A stretch of 64,000 bases of DNA, from the NCBI GenBank assembly GCA_963822965.1, contig CAWGJT010000005.1:192001-256000 (forward strand), written 5' to 3'. Every line of letters begins with the position of its first letter. Position 1 is the first letter of the stretch. A program made the position numbers and the translations under genes. The notes beneath the pieces are model-generated. The model searched no databases and had not been told where the DNA came from. It was given only the letters and a program-made list of their open reading frames with translations. This document shows, piece after piece, positions 11,406-21,316 of the stretch. This DNA comes from an uncultured delta proteobacterium (GTDB lineage Bacteria > Myxococcota_A > UBA9160 > UBA4427).

Positions 11406-14400
11406 CTAGCGCGCCTCCCGCAGCTGGCGCAGGCGCTCGATCTGCTCGTGGCCCTGCCACTTCCGCGCCGTGCGCTGCTCCTCGTAGGGCCCGCACACGC
11501 TGCGGTAGTCGCACCAGCGACAGGCGCCCTTCGCCGGCGCCGCGGGCAGGAAGGGCTCGCGCAGGGCGCCGTCGACCACCTGGGCGACGAAGGCGGCGCT
11601 CTTGCGCGCACGGTCGTCCAGCGGCACCTCGCGCTCCTCGAAGCCGCCGGCGGCGGTGCAGTAGTAGAGGCGCCCGGACTCCACGCGCTCGTCCGGCAGC
11701 AGCTTCTCCGAGGCGAGCGCGTAGAGGATCGGGCTGCAGCGACTCGCCGCCGGCGATGACCCGTCCCTCCTCGATCGCGCGCCTTGCCCGTCTTGTGGTC
11801 GGTGACGCGAACGCGACCGTCGGCGCGTGCGCTCGAGCAGATCGATCGAGCCCCGCAGCTGGATGCCGCACGTCGAGGGCCACCGGGTCGGCGCACCGAG
11901 TGGGCGTCCCGCTGGCGCTGGCTCTGCAAGCCGAAGGAGAGCTCGAAGCGCCAGGGCACGAAGCCCGAGCGGTCGAGGCTCGCGCGGCGCAGCCACTCGC
12001 GCAGGTCGGCCCGCACGCCGGTGATGCCGTCCTGCCAGACCCGCTCGATGGCCGGCGCCAGATCGTCGCGGTAGCGGGCCGCCACCTCGTCGAGCACCTC
12101 GTCGAGGATCGCGCCCGCCGCGGCCAGCCGTTCGGCGGTGACCGGCAGCAGCCCGGCCTCGGCGAGACGACCGAAGAGCGCGAACTGCACGTCGTGCACG
12201 AGGGAGCCGCGCTCGAGGGGTCCCATCTCGTCGATCGCGACGGGCACCTCGCGCGGGGCGAGGCGGTGGATCGCCTGCAGGAAGAAGCGGTAGGGACAGC
12301 TCGCGAAGTGCTGCAGGGCCGTGGGCGAGAAGCTGCGGGCCGCGAGCCGCTGCTCCGCCAGCGCCTCCCGGGCGCCCGTCGCCAGGTCGCCCTGGACGCG
12401 CGGGGTGAGACCGTCGGCCTCGGTCCAGCGCGGCAGCCAGCGACGCGCGCGGAAGCGCAGCGCGCGGCCCAGGTGGGGGTTGGCGGTGAGCAGGTAGCGA
12501 GCCGTGCCGACGCTGCGCGCCTCGTCCTGGGCCAGCAGCCGGTCGAGCAGCGCCAGGTCGTGCTCGGCTTCGTCGATGGCCTGCTCGGGATGCTCCGGCG
12601 CCGGCCAGCCGACGCGCGCCCCCGCCACCTGCTCGGCCCGCGCGGCCAGCTCGTCGAAGCCCGGCAGCCGACCCTCGGCGGCGCGCAGGGCCTCCAGGGC
12701 GTAGAAGGACGGCACCCGGGGCCGGGACTGGTCGAGGTCGAGTCGCGGATACGTGAGGAGCAGGGCCCGGCGCGCGGCGCCCACGGCCGTGCGCAGCGCC
12801 AGTCGCTCCTCGGCCACCCGATCGTCGTTGGTGGCGAGGGGGATCGGGCAGCTCGGGCGAGAGCTGCGACAGCCGCTGGCGCTGGGCGTCCAGCAGCAGC
12901 GGCTCCTCGGAGATCTTGCGGGGGAAGAGGCGCTCGGCGAGACCCGGCACCGCCACGACGTCGAAGCAGAGCCCGCGGGCGGCATGCGGCGGGACCGACG
13001 AAGACGCGTCCGTAGCGGCTGGCGGGACGCGCTGCCTGGAGCTCGAGCAGCCGGCTGCCCAGCACGAGCTGCACCTCGGCCAGCTCGACCGGGCCCACCT
13101 CCGCCATGGGCGCGAGCTCCGCGAGCACCGACAGCACCCGCTCGGGCTGCCGCAGCGAACGCGGTGGCCAGCGAGCCCAGGGCGTCGAGCCACTCTCCCC
13201 AACGGGCGCGCTCGGGCAGCTCGGCGAGCGCGTCCAGCAGCGGCAGCGCGAAGGCGCGCAGGTCGTCGAGGGCCTGCGAGATTCCGCTCGATGCGCTGGC
13301 TCCGCGGGTCCTCCGAATCGTCGATCTCCCGCAGGTCGAGCCGGTAGCCCTCTGCCAGGCCGTCGAGCCTTCGCTCCCAGCGCTCGCGGCCACCGATCAC
13401 GGCGGCCTCCACCAGCAGCTGCTCCCAGCGGCGGGGCGCACGCAGGGTGCCCGCCAGCACCGGGACGCCGTCCGGATCCGCAACCGGCGGCAGCTCGGGC
13501 TCACCGGTCTCGCGACGCCCGTCGAGCGCCTCGGCAACGGCTTCCGGGACCAGCTCCTCGTCCGGGGCCACCCAGCGATCCGCGGGCGCTGCCGCGGGCG
13601 GCGGCGTCGCCGCCCGCGCACGGCCGGCGGCACCTCGCCGAGGGACAGGTACTCGGCGAAGCGAGCGGCCGAGAACCCCTCCGCGCGGCAGGCGAGCAGC
13701 GCGAGGAACGCGCGACCCGCCGGGTCGGGTCGCGTGGCACCCTGCGCGAACCAGGCGGGAACGCCCGCCCGATGGAGCGCCTCCTCGAGATGGGGCCGGT
13801 ACTCCGCGACCGACCGCAGCAGGATCGCCATGCGATCGAAGGGAACCCCGGCGCGCGCGTGGCCGAGCAGGCGCCGCACGACCTCCACGCACTCGCGGCT
13901 CTCGCCGGGCGCCGACAGCACCACCACGTCGTCGTCGAGACCCGCCGGCTCGGGCGCCCGGTCCTCGAAGAGGTGCGCCTGGAGCCGCTCGAGGGAGGTC
14001 GCCGGACCCGCGCCCTCGTCCGAGACCTCCTCGAGGGGCACCCGCTGCCGAAGCCGGGCCAGGCTGGCGGCATCGCCGGTGGGAGCCGTCATCAGCACGG
14101 CCGGTGCGCGGCGCGCCACCGCGGCGACCAGCGCCGTCTCGGACTCGCTGGGCAGGGGCACGTCGACGATCAGGGTGGGCAGATCGAGCAGCGGATGTCG
14201 GAAGCCCGGCTCGGCCGCGCGGGCTGCCGCTCGCGCCACCACCCCCGCCCGATCGACGAGGCCCGCCTTCTCGAGCGCCTGCGCGTAGCCGGCGGCCAGC
14301 GCCGCGAGCCCGGGATCCACCGTCGCCAGGGCCTCCGGCCCCACCTGCGCGAGGCGGAGCTCGGCGATCACCGCCGCCGCGGCGCGAGGGAACGTGGGGC

Positions 14401-14825
14401 CCTCGGAGACCGACGCGTAGCGGCCGAGACGCCCCTCCCGGGCCAGCTCCTGGACGACCCCGGCCACCACGGCCTCGCAGGCGAGCCGTCCCACGGGAAC
14501 CCGGTCTTCCCGGGCCAGATCGAGGGCCACCAGCTCGAAGGCGAAGCGACCCAGGGTCGCGCGGTGCCAGCCGAATGCAGCGGCCCCACCCGCGCCGGCC
14601 CCGGCGACGGCCTCGCGCAGGATCTCGTGGGCGGCGGTCGCCCCGGGCGCCAGGACGAGGCACTCCTGTCCCGGCCCTGCCGCCCCTCCCGGTGCTGCCG
14701 GCCCTGCCGGCCCTGCCGGCCCTCCTCGCTCGGCGCCCGAGCGGGCGTGGAGCCAGGCGTGGGCGCGCTCGAGACGCCGGGCGGCGGCGGGCGACGTAAA
14801 GAGTCGATGGGACGACGTGAGACAC
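11406..14825 (-). CDS. addB: AddB-like PD-(D/E)XK nuclease subunit with Fe-S staple (multiple apparent frameshifts)
   Basis: [28 protein letters not shown] and [10 protein letters not shown] (four-Cys staple). Degenerate helicase N-terminus. Directly upstream of addA. Start uncertain. Confidence 0.8.
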   Translation of the reverse strand: MSHVVPSTLYVARRRPASRARPRLAPRPLGRRARRAGRAGRAGSTGRGGRAGTGVPRPGARGDRRPRDPARGRRRGRRGWGRCIRLAPRDPGSLRLRAGGPRSGPGRPGSRGTARLRGRGGRGRPGAGPGGASRPLRVGLRGPHVPSRRGGGDRRAPPRAGGAGGPGDGGSRARGAGRRLRAGAREGGPRRSGGGGGASGSPRGRAGLPTSAARSAHPDRRRAPAQRVRDGAGRRGGAPRTGRADDGSHRRCRQPGPASAAGAPRGGLGRGRGSGDLPRAAPGAPLRGPGARAGGSRRRRGGAVGARREPRVRGGRAAPARPRARRGSLRSHGDPAAVGRGVPAPSRGGAPSGGRSRLVRAGCHATRPGGSRVPRAARLPRGGVLGRSLRRVPVPRRGAAGRARAATPPPAAAPADRWVAPDEELVPEAVAEALDGRRETGEPELPPVADPDGVPVLAGTLRAPRRWEQLLVEAAVIGGRERWERRLDGLAEGYRLDLREIDDSEDPRSQRIERNLAGPRRPARLRAAAAGRARRAARARPLGRVARRPGLAGHRVRCGSPSGCCRCSRSSRPWRRWARSSWPRCSSCWAAGCSSSRQRVPPAATDASSSVPPHAARGLCFDVVAVPGLAERLFPRKISEEPLLLDAQRQRLSQLSPELPDPPRHQRRSGGRGATGAAHGRGRRAPGPAPHVSATRPRPVPAPGAVLLRPGGPARRRGSAAGLRRAGRAGRAGGGGARRLAGAGASRAGHRRSRARPGAARPAAGPGRGAQRRHGSLPAHRQPPPGPRAALPRASLAAALDRGRRSHPARPGRPGDGRPGGAGGAAARGPQLLAHGPAALRELSLPLLPAGDPPPRPARGARRDRRDGTPRARLPRARRAVRALRSSRRGRAAAGHRRTAGRGGRDPRRGARRGGGPLPRRSGAGHRAGLAGRHHRRAGRPARVAAPREPRPLGLRALALRALLRLAEPAPAGRPLGAPTRWPSTCGIQLRGSIDLLERTRRRSRSRHRPQDGQGARSRRDGSSPAASRCSPILYALASEKLLPDERVESGRLYYCTAAGGFEEREVPLDDRARKSAAFVAQVVDGALREPFLPAAPAKGACRWCDYRSVCGPYEEQRTARKWQGHEQIERLRQLREAR
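14668..14723. repeat. Imperfect 9-bp tandem repeat (CCCTGCCGG) inside the 5' part of addB
   Basis: About six degenerate copies are visible; they encode a Gly/Arg-rich low-complexity stretch. Confidence 0.55.
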
Positions 14826-15085
14826 CCCCTGTGTGCAGGAGCATTCTAGACGGGGTGCGGGTCAGAAGCGGTCACGAGCCCGCCTCGGCCGCCACCCGGC
14901 GCGAGACGGGCGGGAGCCCGATCCTATCGGATGACGAGCTTCCGGGAACGCCGGCGGCCCCGGAAGCCCGTGACGGTGGTACGCTCGTTCACGCATCCCG
15001 CCGGCGATCCGATCGGCCCCGATCTCGATCCCGGAAGGACGGAATCCCGGATCCCACGGGTCCCGAGACCACCGGAGGAGCCATC

Positions 15086-16168
15086 ATGAAGGCAGCCGTT
15101 CTACGCGCGTATCACACACCGCTCCAGATCGAGGACGTCCAGCTCGGCAACCCCGGACCGCGCGAGGTGCGCGTCGAGACCCGCGCCACCGGCGTGTGTC
15201 ACAGCGACCTGCACGTCATCGAAGGCGCGCTGCCGGCGCCGCCGCCCACCGTGCTCGGCCACGAGCCGGCGGGGGTGGTGGTCGAGGTCGGCCGCGACGT
15301 CAGCCACGTGGCCGTGGGCGACCACGTGATCGGCTGCCTGTCGGCCTTCTGCGGCAACTGCGAGTTCTGCCTCTCGGGCCGGCCCAACCTGTGCGGCGGT
15401 GCAGCCACCGTTCGCGCGCCCGGAGAGCCGCCGCGCATCTCCAAGGACGGCGAGCTGATCCACCAGTTCGCGCACCTCTCGTCCTTCGCCGAGGAGATGC
15501 TGTGCCACGAGAACGCCCTCGTGAAGATCCGCCCCGACATGCCCCTCGAGCAGGCCGCGCTGATCGGCTGCGGCGTGACGACCGGCCTGGGCGCCGCGCT
15601 CAACACCGCGAAGATCCGCCCGGGCGACACCGCGGTGGTGATCGGTTGCGGGGGCGTGGGGCTCGCCGCCATCCAGGGGTGCCGCATCGGCGGCGCCAGC
15701 CGCATCATCGCCGTGGACGTGGTGCCCTGGAAGCTCGAGCTGGCGCAGAAGCTCGGCGCCACCGACGTGATCGACAGCAGCAAGGACAACGCCATGATGA
15801 AGGTGCTGGAGGCGACCGGCGGCGTCGACTACTGCTTCGAGTGCATCGGCGTGAAGGAGCTGGCGGCCACGGGGCTGGCGATGGTGCGCAAGGGCGGCAC
15901 CCTGGTGCTCGTGGGCGTCGTGCCCCTGGGCCAGAACGTCGAGCTGCCGGGCCTGGACATCGTGCTCTCCGGCAAGAGCGTGGTCGGCTCCATGATGGGC
16001 GGCAACCGCTTCCGCATCGACATGCCCCGCTACGTCGACTTCTACCTGGACGGGCGCCTGCGGCTCGACGAGATGATCTCCGCCCGGCTCCGGCTCGACG
16101 AGATCAACACCGCCTTCGACAAGATGAAGGCCGGGGAGGTGGCCCGCAGCGTGGTGACCTTCGACTGA
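15086..16168 (+). CDS. Zn-dependent alcohol dehydrogenase (class III-like MDR)
   Basis: GVCHSDLH, GHEPAG, CGNCEFC...NLC, IGCGV.TG, GCGGVG. GGAGGAG RBS. Confidence 0.93.
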   Translation: MKAAVLRAYHTPLQIEDVQLGNPGPREVRVETRATGVCHSDLHVIEGALPAPPPTVLGHEPAGVVVEVGRDVSHVAVGDHVIGCLSAFCGNCEFCLSGRPNLCGGAATVRAPGEPPRISKDGELIHQFAHLSSFAEEMLCHENALVKIRPDMPLEQAALIGCGVTTGLGAALNTAKIRPGDTAVVIGCGGVGLAAIQGCRIGGASRIIAVDVVPWKLELAQKLGATDVIDSSKDNAMMKVLEATGGVDYCFECIGVKELAATGLAMVRKGGTLVLVGVVPLGQNVELPGLDIVLSGKSVVGSMMGGNRFRIDMPRYVDFYLDGRLRLDEMISARLRLDEINTAFDKMKAGEVARSVVTFD

Positions 16169-16203
16169 CGCTGCCCCGACCGGGGGCCGAACGGCCCTGC
16201 GGA

Positions 16204-16830
16204 CTATGAGGAGTCGCGGCGGGTGCCGGGAGGCAGCAGCCCCTCCGCCACCACACGGTCCAGCGCCTCGGAGACGAAGTCCCAGAGCGTCGCCGAGGCG
16301 TGGGCGATGGGCTGGTTGATCTCGCGCACCTGGGTCTCGACCACGCCCAGCTCCTGCCAGGTGCGCGCGCCGCCCAGGGCGTTGTGCAGCAGCGGCATCA
16401 GTCGGTCCATGGCCTTGGCGAAGCGGGCCTCGGCGCTCTCCTGGGCCTCGTACTCGTCCCACAAGTCGCGCAGCTCGCCGCCCAGGTCGGGGGGCAGCAG
16501 GCCGAAGAGGCGGTCGGCGGCGTGGATCTCCTCCTCGGCCTTGGCGGCGCGCGCGGCCTGGTCGTAGACCGCGACGTCGCCCGCGTCGATCTCCACCAGG
16601 TCGTGCACCAGCAGCATCTTCAGCACCCGATCGCGGTCGACCGGGGCCTCGGCGTGCTCCACCAGGACGAGGGCCATCAGCGCCACGTGCCAGCTGTGCT
16701 CGGCGCTGTTCTCGCGCCGATCCTCCTCGAAGAGGTACGAGCGCCGCAGAACGCCCTTCAGCTTGTCGGCTTCTCGGATGAAGGCGATCTGCTGGGCGAG
16801 CCGCGCGGCCGGATCCTCGCTTCGGGGCAT
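16204..16830 (-). CDS. HD-domain phosphohydrolase (YfbR/HD_3-like)
   Basis: ENSAEHSWH, LLVHDLVEIDAGD, EARFAKAMDRL. Confidence 0.9.
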   Translation of the reverse strand: MPRSEDPAARLAQQIAFIREADKLKGVLRRSYLFEEDRRENSAEHSWHVALMALVLVEHAEAPVDRDRVLKMLLVHDLVEIDAGDVAVYDQAARAAKAEEEIHAADRLFGLLPPDLGGELRDLWDEYEAQESAEARFAKAMDRLMPLLHNALGGARTWQELGVVETQVREINQPIAHASATLWDFVSEALDRVVAEGLLPPGTRRDSS

Positions 16831-16898
16831 GGTCCGAGGGTAGATCAGCCGCGCGAATGCTGGTTCCCGCGGCGCGGCGCCGGTAGCCTTTCGCCTCC

Positions 16899-18143
16899 AT
16901 GCCCGCTTCCTCCGACGTCTGGCAGCCCGGACCGCGACCGGCGTGGGTCCGCCGCCTGAACGCCGTCGGCAACCCGGCCGACATCGGGCTCGGGCCGGAG
17001 GAGATCCTCGCCGAGGCGAAGCGTCGCACGGGGCTCTCGGACTTCGGGGACGACGACTGGCGCGAGGGCTTCGCGATCTTCCTGGACGCCCTCGAGCGGG
17101 AGGCGAAGCTCCACTTCGTGGGCCGGCTGCTGGCCCGATCGGACGTCCTCAACTGGCTCGAGAACCGCCTGTGCATGACGGAGGCGCGCCGCCAGAATCC
17201 GGAGATCGACCGCGAGCGCATCGAGCGGCCGATCTTCATCACCGGCCTGCCGCGCACGGGCACCTCGATCCTGCACGCGCTGCTGGGACACGATCCCCGC
17301 TCGCGGGTGCCCCTGGCCTGGGAGGTGCGACACCCCTGCCCGCCCCCCGAGCGCGCGAGCTACGAGAGCGATCCCCGCATCGTCCAGGCCGAGGACGAGA
17401 TCCGGCTGTGGTGCGAGATCGTGCCGGAGTACGACTCGATGCACGAGCTGGGCGCGCGTGTGCCCGTCGAGTGCATCCAGCTGACCGCCCACGCCTTCCG
17501 CAGCGACGAGCTCTCGGGCAGGCACCTGGTGCCGAGCTACGCCGCCTGGCTCGCGCGCGCGGACCTCGTGCCCGCCTATGCGTTCCACGCCCAGATGCTG
17601 CGGCTGCTGCAGTGGCATGCTCCGGGCGAGCGTTGGGTGCTGAAGGCGCCCTCCCACCTGGGCGCGCTGGGGGCGCTGCTGGCCGTCTACCCCGACGCCC
17701 GCATCGTGTGGACCCACCGGGACCCGCTCACCGTGATGGCCTCGGTGGCCAGCATCCTGTTCTCCACCGCCTGGGTGCGCTCGGATGCGGTGGACGCCGA
17801 GCAGGTGCTGGGCTGGTTCACCGGGGAGACCTGTGCGGCGTTGCTCGCCGCCGGCCAGGCGGTGCGCGACGCCGCGGGCGAGAGCCCCGCGCGCTTCCAC
17901 GACGTCCGCTACGCCGACCTGGTGGCGGACCCCGTCACCACCATCGCCGGCATCTACGACCGCTTCGACATCGCGTTCGACGGCGAGGCGGAGGCGTGCA
18001 TCCGCAGGGCGATCGCCGCCCGGCCCCAGGGCCGGCACGGCGCCCACCGCTACGACTTCCGGAACACCGGCCTGCCCGTGGACGAGGAGCGCCGCCGATT
18101 CCGCGCCTACCAGGAGCGCTACGGCGTTCCCTCGGAGGTGTGA
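16899..18143 (+). CDS. Sulfotransferase family protein
   Basis: PAPS-binding loop GLPRTGTSILH, WVLKAPSH, THRDP. Confidence 0.9.
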   Translation: MPASSDVWQPGPRPAWVRRLNAVGNPADIGLGPEEILAEAKRRTGLSDFGDDDWREGFAIFLDALEREAKLHFVGRLLARSDVLNWLENRLCMTEARRQNPEIDRERIERPIFITGLPRTGTSILHALLGHDPRSRVPLAWEVRHPCPPPERASYESDPRIVQAEDEIRLWCEIVPEYDSMHELGARVPVECIQLTAHAFRSDELSGRHLVPSYAAWLARADLVPAYAFHAQMLRLLQWHAPGERWVLKAPSHLGALGALLAVYPDARIVWTHRDPLTVMASVASILFSTAWVRSDAVDAEQVLGWFTGETCAALLAAGQAVRDAAGESPARFHDVRYADLVADPVTTIAGIYDRFDIAFDGEAEACIRRAIAARPQGRHGAHRYDFRNTGLPVDEERRRFRAYQERYGVPSEV

Positions 18144-19411
18144 GCTTGGCGGACGGACGCGCACGCGGCGGCAGGCGCGACGCGGGTGCGCTGCGGCGCG
18201 ACCGGCGCGAACGCCTCCCCGCGGCCGACGCGGCCGCCGCCCTGCTCTCCGGCGACGCCTGGCGGCGCTACTGCGACGCCCTGCGCCAGGCGGGCGAGCA
18301 CCTGCTCGCCGCGAACCCGGGGGCGGGACCGGCGACCCGGGCCGAGGGCGTGCTCTACCTGCTCGGGCTGGTGCGCGGCGGCATCGGGCAGGCCCTGGAG
18401 CTGGCCGACCCCCGCCGGCCGCGCTTCTTCCGCAACCCGGACAGCAGCTCGCGCTGGGGCGCCGAGAATGCCGACAACCAGTACCTCTGGGCGCGAATCG
18501 ATCCGGCCCTCGACTACTGCATCCGCGGAGAGCGCGGTAGCGCCTTCGACTTCCTGATCGAGGTGAAGGAAGGCTACATGCAGCTGGGCGACGAGCGGAA
18601 CTTCGCCACGCTCACCGCCGGCGCCGTGGCCTGCGACGACGAGGGGCGCTTCGAGATCCGGCTCTCCCGCACGCCGCCGCCGAACTCCGATGCCGGCCGC
18701 TGGCTTCCGGTGGACCCCGATGCGCGCTACGTGGCGATCCGGCAGTACCTGTGCGACTGGCAGCGCGAGACGCCGGCGCGCTTCACCATCGAGTGCCTGA
18801 CGCCGGGAGAGGCCGCGCGCGCCGACCCGGCGGACGTCGCCGCGCGGCTCGAGGACGCGGGCGAGTGGACCCTCGCGAGCGCGCGCTTCTGGACCGAGTG
18901 GACCGACGCCCTGCGCGAGGGCTTCGTACCGGGGGTGCTGCCACCGGCCCGGAAGTACGCCGGCGGTGCCGACGACATCTACTACGGCAACGCTTTCTAC
19001 CGGCTCGGTCCCGACGAAGCGCTGGTTGTCGAGAGCGAGCCGCCGGACGCGCGCTACTGGCAGTTCCAGCTCTGCGATCCCTGGTTCCGCAGCGCCGACT
19101 GGGCGGAGCGCACGACGAGCATCAACCACCTGCAGGCCCGTCTCGACGGCGACGGACGCTTCCGCTGCGTGGTGGCCCACCGCGACCCCGGCGTGGCGAA
19201 CTGGCTCGACACCGCGGGCGAGACGGAAGGCGTGCTCCAGTACCGCTGGATCTGGTCGCGCGACAATCCCGTGCCCCGCGCCGAGACGGTGGCATTCGAC
19301 GCCGTCCGGGCGCACCTGCCCGCCGATACGCCTCGGCTCCGCGCGGAAGAGCGCGCGCGCGAGCGACGCCTGCGAAGGCGCCACCGCGAGCGACGGGAGC
19401 CGTCCTGCTGA
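18140..19411 (+). CDS. DUF1214-family protein
   Basis: GTG overlaps the sulfotransferase stop (GTGA). WGAENADNQY, YWQFQL, TSINHLQA..D.DGRFR.VVAHRDPG.ANWLDT.G motifs. Confidence 0.8.
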   Translation: MSLADGRARGGRRDAGALRRDRRERLPAADAAAALLSGDAWRRYCDALRQAGEHLLAANPGAGPATRAEGVLYLLGLVRGGIGQALELADPRRPRFFRNPDSSSRWGAENADNQYLWARIDPALDYCIRGERGSAFDFLIEVKEGYMQLGDERNFATLTAGAVACDDEGRFEIRLSRTPPPNSDAGRWLPVDPDARYVAIRQYLCDWQRETPARFTIECLTPGEAARADPADVAARLEDAGEWTLASARFWTEWTDALREGFVPGVLPPARKYAGGADDIYYGNAFYRLGPDEALVVESEPPDARYWQFQLCDPWFRSADWAERTTSINHLQARLDGDGRFRCVVAHRDPGVANWLDTAGETEGVLQYRWIWSRDNPVPRAETVAFDAVRAHLPADTPRLRAEERARERRLRRRHRERREPSC

Positions 19412-19464
19412 GCCCGCCGCGAGAGGGGCTGCCGACACGCTCGGCGGCCCGGTAGAGTCGCGGC

Positions 19465-20166
19465 GTGGCAGCGCCGGAATCAGCGGCCCCGGGCGGGCGG
19501 ATCGATCTCAAGAGTCGCCTGCTCGCGTGCCGGCGCGAGAAGACGACGGTGCTCCTGGGGCTCGCCGTGGGAATCTGCATCCCCTACTTCGTGCTCCAGC
19601 GCGTGTCCGGGGTGTCCCCGTTCGAGGTCCCCATGACGGACGCCGACTGGGAGATCCCGTTCGGCCCGGACTGGATCGTCGTCTACCTGTCCATCGCCCT
19701 GCTGGTTCCCCTGGGCCCCCTGCTGGCCCGCAGCCGCGAGCCGCTGGAGCGCTACGCCACCGGTCTGGCGATCCTGTGTGCGGTCTGCTTTGCGCTCTTC
19801 TGGCTCTTCCCGGTGGAGGGCCCGCGCCCGGACGAGATGCCCGCCCAGCCGATCTACCGGCTGCTCGTCAGCTGGGACCGGCCGACCAACTCCCTGCCCT
19901 CCCTGCACGCGGGGCTGGTGGTCTACTCGCTTCTGTTCATCGATCGCGTGGTGACGCGCGAGCTGGGGCACCGCCGGCGCATGTTGTGGAACGCCCTGGG
20001 GTGGAGCTGGGGCGCCCTGATCCTGTACTCGACCCTCGCGACGAAGCAGCACTGGTTCCTCGACCTGCCGGCCGGCATGGCCGTCGCGGCGGCCGCCCAC
20101 TGGATCGCCTGGAAGAGCGCCGACTCCGGCGTCACGGATCCGCGAGCCCCCCTCGCCACGGGCTGA
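19465..20166 (+). CDS. PAP2-superfamily membrane phosphatase/phosphotransferase
   Basis: About six TM segments; LPSLHAG and STLATKQHWFLD motifs. Confidence 0.8.
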   Translation: MAAPESAAPGGRIDLKSRLLACRREKTTVLLGLAVGICIPYFVLQRVSGVSPFEVPMTDADWEIPFGPDWIVVYLSIALLVPLGPLLARSREPLERYATGLAILCAVCFALFWLFPVEGPRPDEMPAQPIYRLLVSWDRPTNSLPSLHAGLVVYSLLFIDRVVTRELGHRRRMLWNALGWSWGALILYSTLATKQHWFLDLPAGMAVAAAAHWIAWKSADSGVTDPRAPLATG

Positions 20167-20178
20167 ATCGGCCGGCGC

Positions 20179-20949
20179 TCAGGGGTGCGCCGGGGCTTCC
20201 TCGCGGCGGCGGCTCAGGACGAAGACCAGCGCGCCGGCGCCCGCGAGCACCGAGACGATCGACAGGTACTGTCCCGGGGTCCAGCCCGCGTAGCGGGCCT
20301 CCGAGACCCGCAGCGCGTCCATCGCGAAGCGCACGGGCCCGTAGAGCAGGAAGAAGAGCCCGACGAAGAAGCCGTCGGGACGCGGCTTGCGACCGAGCCA
20401 GGCGAAGATCGCGGCCAGGACGGAGACGTAGAGGAACTCCAGCAGTCCGAGATCGAAGCGCGGACCGTCCGGGAAGCGCACCGCCAGCCAGCTCGCCGAC
20501 GAGACGCCCGGGTGGTCGTGCTGCAGCGCGCAGCCCAGCCGGCCGATCGCCAGGGTGAAGGGCAGCGCGTAGATCAGCACGTCGAAGAAGCGCAGGATCT
20601 GGCGGCCCGACATGTGCTCGCGACGCATCACCAGGTAGATCCCGAGAAGCCCGCCGAGCATGCCCCCGAAGGACGACAGGCTCTCCCACACCCGGAAGAT
20701 GACCAGGGGGTCGTCGAGGAACTTCTGCGGGGTGTAGACCAGGACGTCGAAGACGTGGGCGCTGACGAGACCCAGCCCGATCGCCCAGCCGACCAGGCTC
20801 GAGGCGGTGCGGCGGTCGATCCCCACCGACGGCGAGCGGCGCAGCACGATCTGGAACTGCACCACCACCGCGATCACCACGAGCACGGAGAACGCCTGGA
20901 TCTCGTAGAAGCCGAGGTCCAGCGTCGGTTGGGGGATGTACGGGATCAA
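20179..20949 (-). CDS. lgt: Prolipoprotein diacylglyceryl transferase (Lgt) family protein
   Basis: LSSFGG, IGRLGC..HDHPG, RFDLGLLE, YGPVRF, WTPGQ; multi-TM. TTG start with GGAGAGG RBS. Confidence 0.8.
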   Translation of the reverse strand: MIPYIPQPTLDLGFYEIQAFSVLVVIAVVVQFQIVLRRSPSVGIDRRTASSLVGWAIGLGLVSAHVFDVLVYTPQKFLDDPLVIFRVWESLSSFGGMLGGLLGIYLVMRREHMSGRQILRFFDVLIYALPFTLAIGRLGCALQHDHPGVSSASWLAVRFPDGPRFDLGLLEFLYVSVLAAIFAWLGRKPRPDGFFVGLFFLLYGPVRFAMDALRVSEARYAGWTPGQYLSIVSVLAGAGALVFVLSRRREEAPAHP

Positions 20950-21316
20950 CGGCGCCTCTCCCTGGCGGTCTCGCCCTGGCTGTCTCGGTCCGGCTCGGCC
21001 GGCCTCGGACCTCGCGATGGGGCTCCAGCCGGAGCGCCGAGTATCCGGAAGCACGAACGCCCCGGCCAGGGTCGGCCGGGGCGTCGTGATCGGTGCGCTC
21101 GATCCGACCGGCCCCTCGCAGGCGAGGAGCCGACTCGGGACGGGCCTGCCCGGCTAGGAGCCTGACCCAAGACACCTCGCGCCGCCCTGACACCGATGCA
21201 TCGCCGCTGGCCGCGTTGCGCTGCGTCACCGTAGGCCGCGCTACGGCCTCCTCACGCGCCTTGCCAGCGGCGCGCCTCGACGCCAGGGCTTTCCACGGGA
21301 GTCTTGGGTCAGGCTC

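Noticed and set aside
14826..15085. GATC/GATCCC-rich cluster between addB and the alcohol dehydrogenase as an origin-like or methylation-regulated site
   Set aside because: There are no DnaA boxes or AT-rich unwinding element, and GATC is common throughout this sequence.
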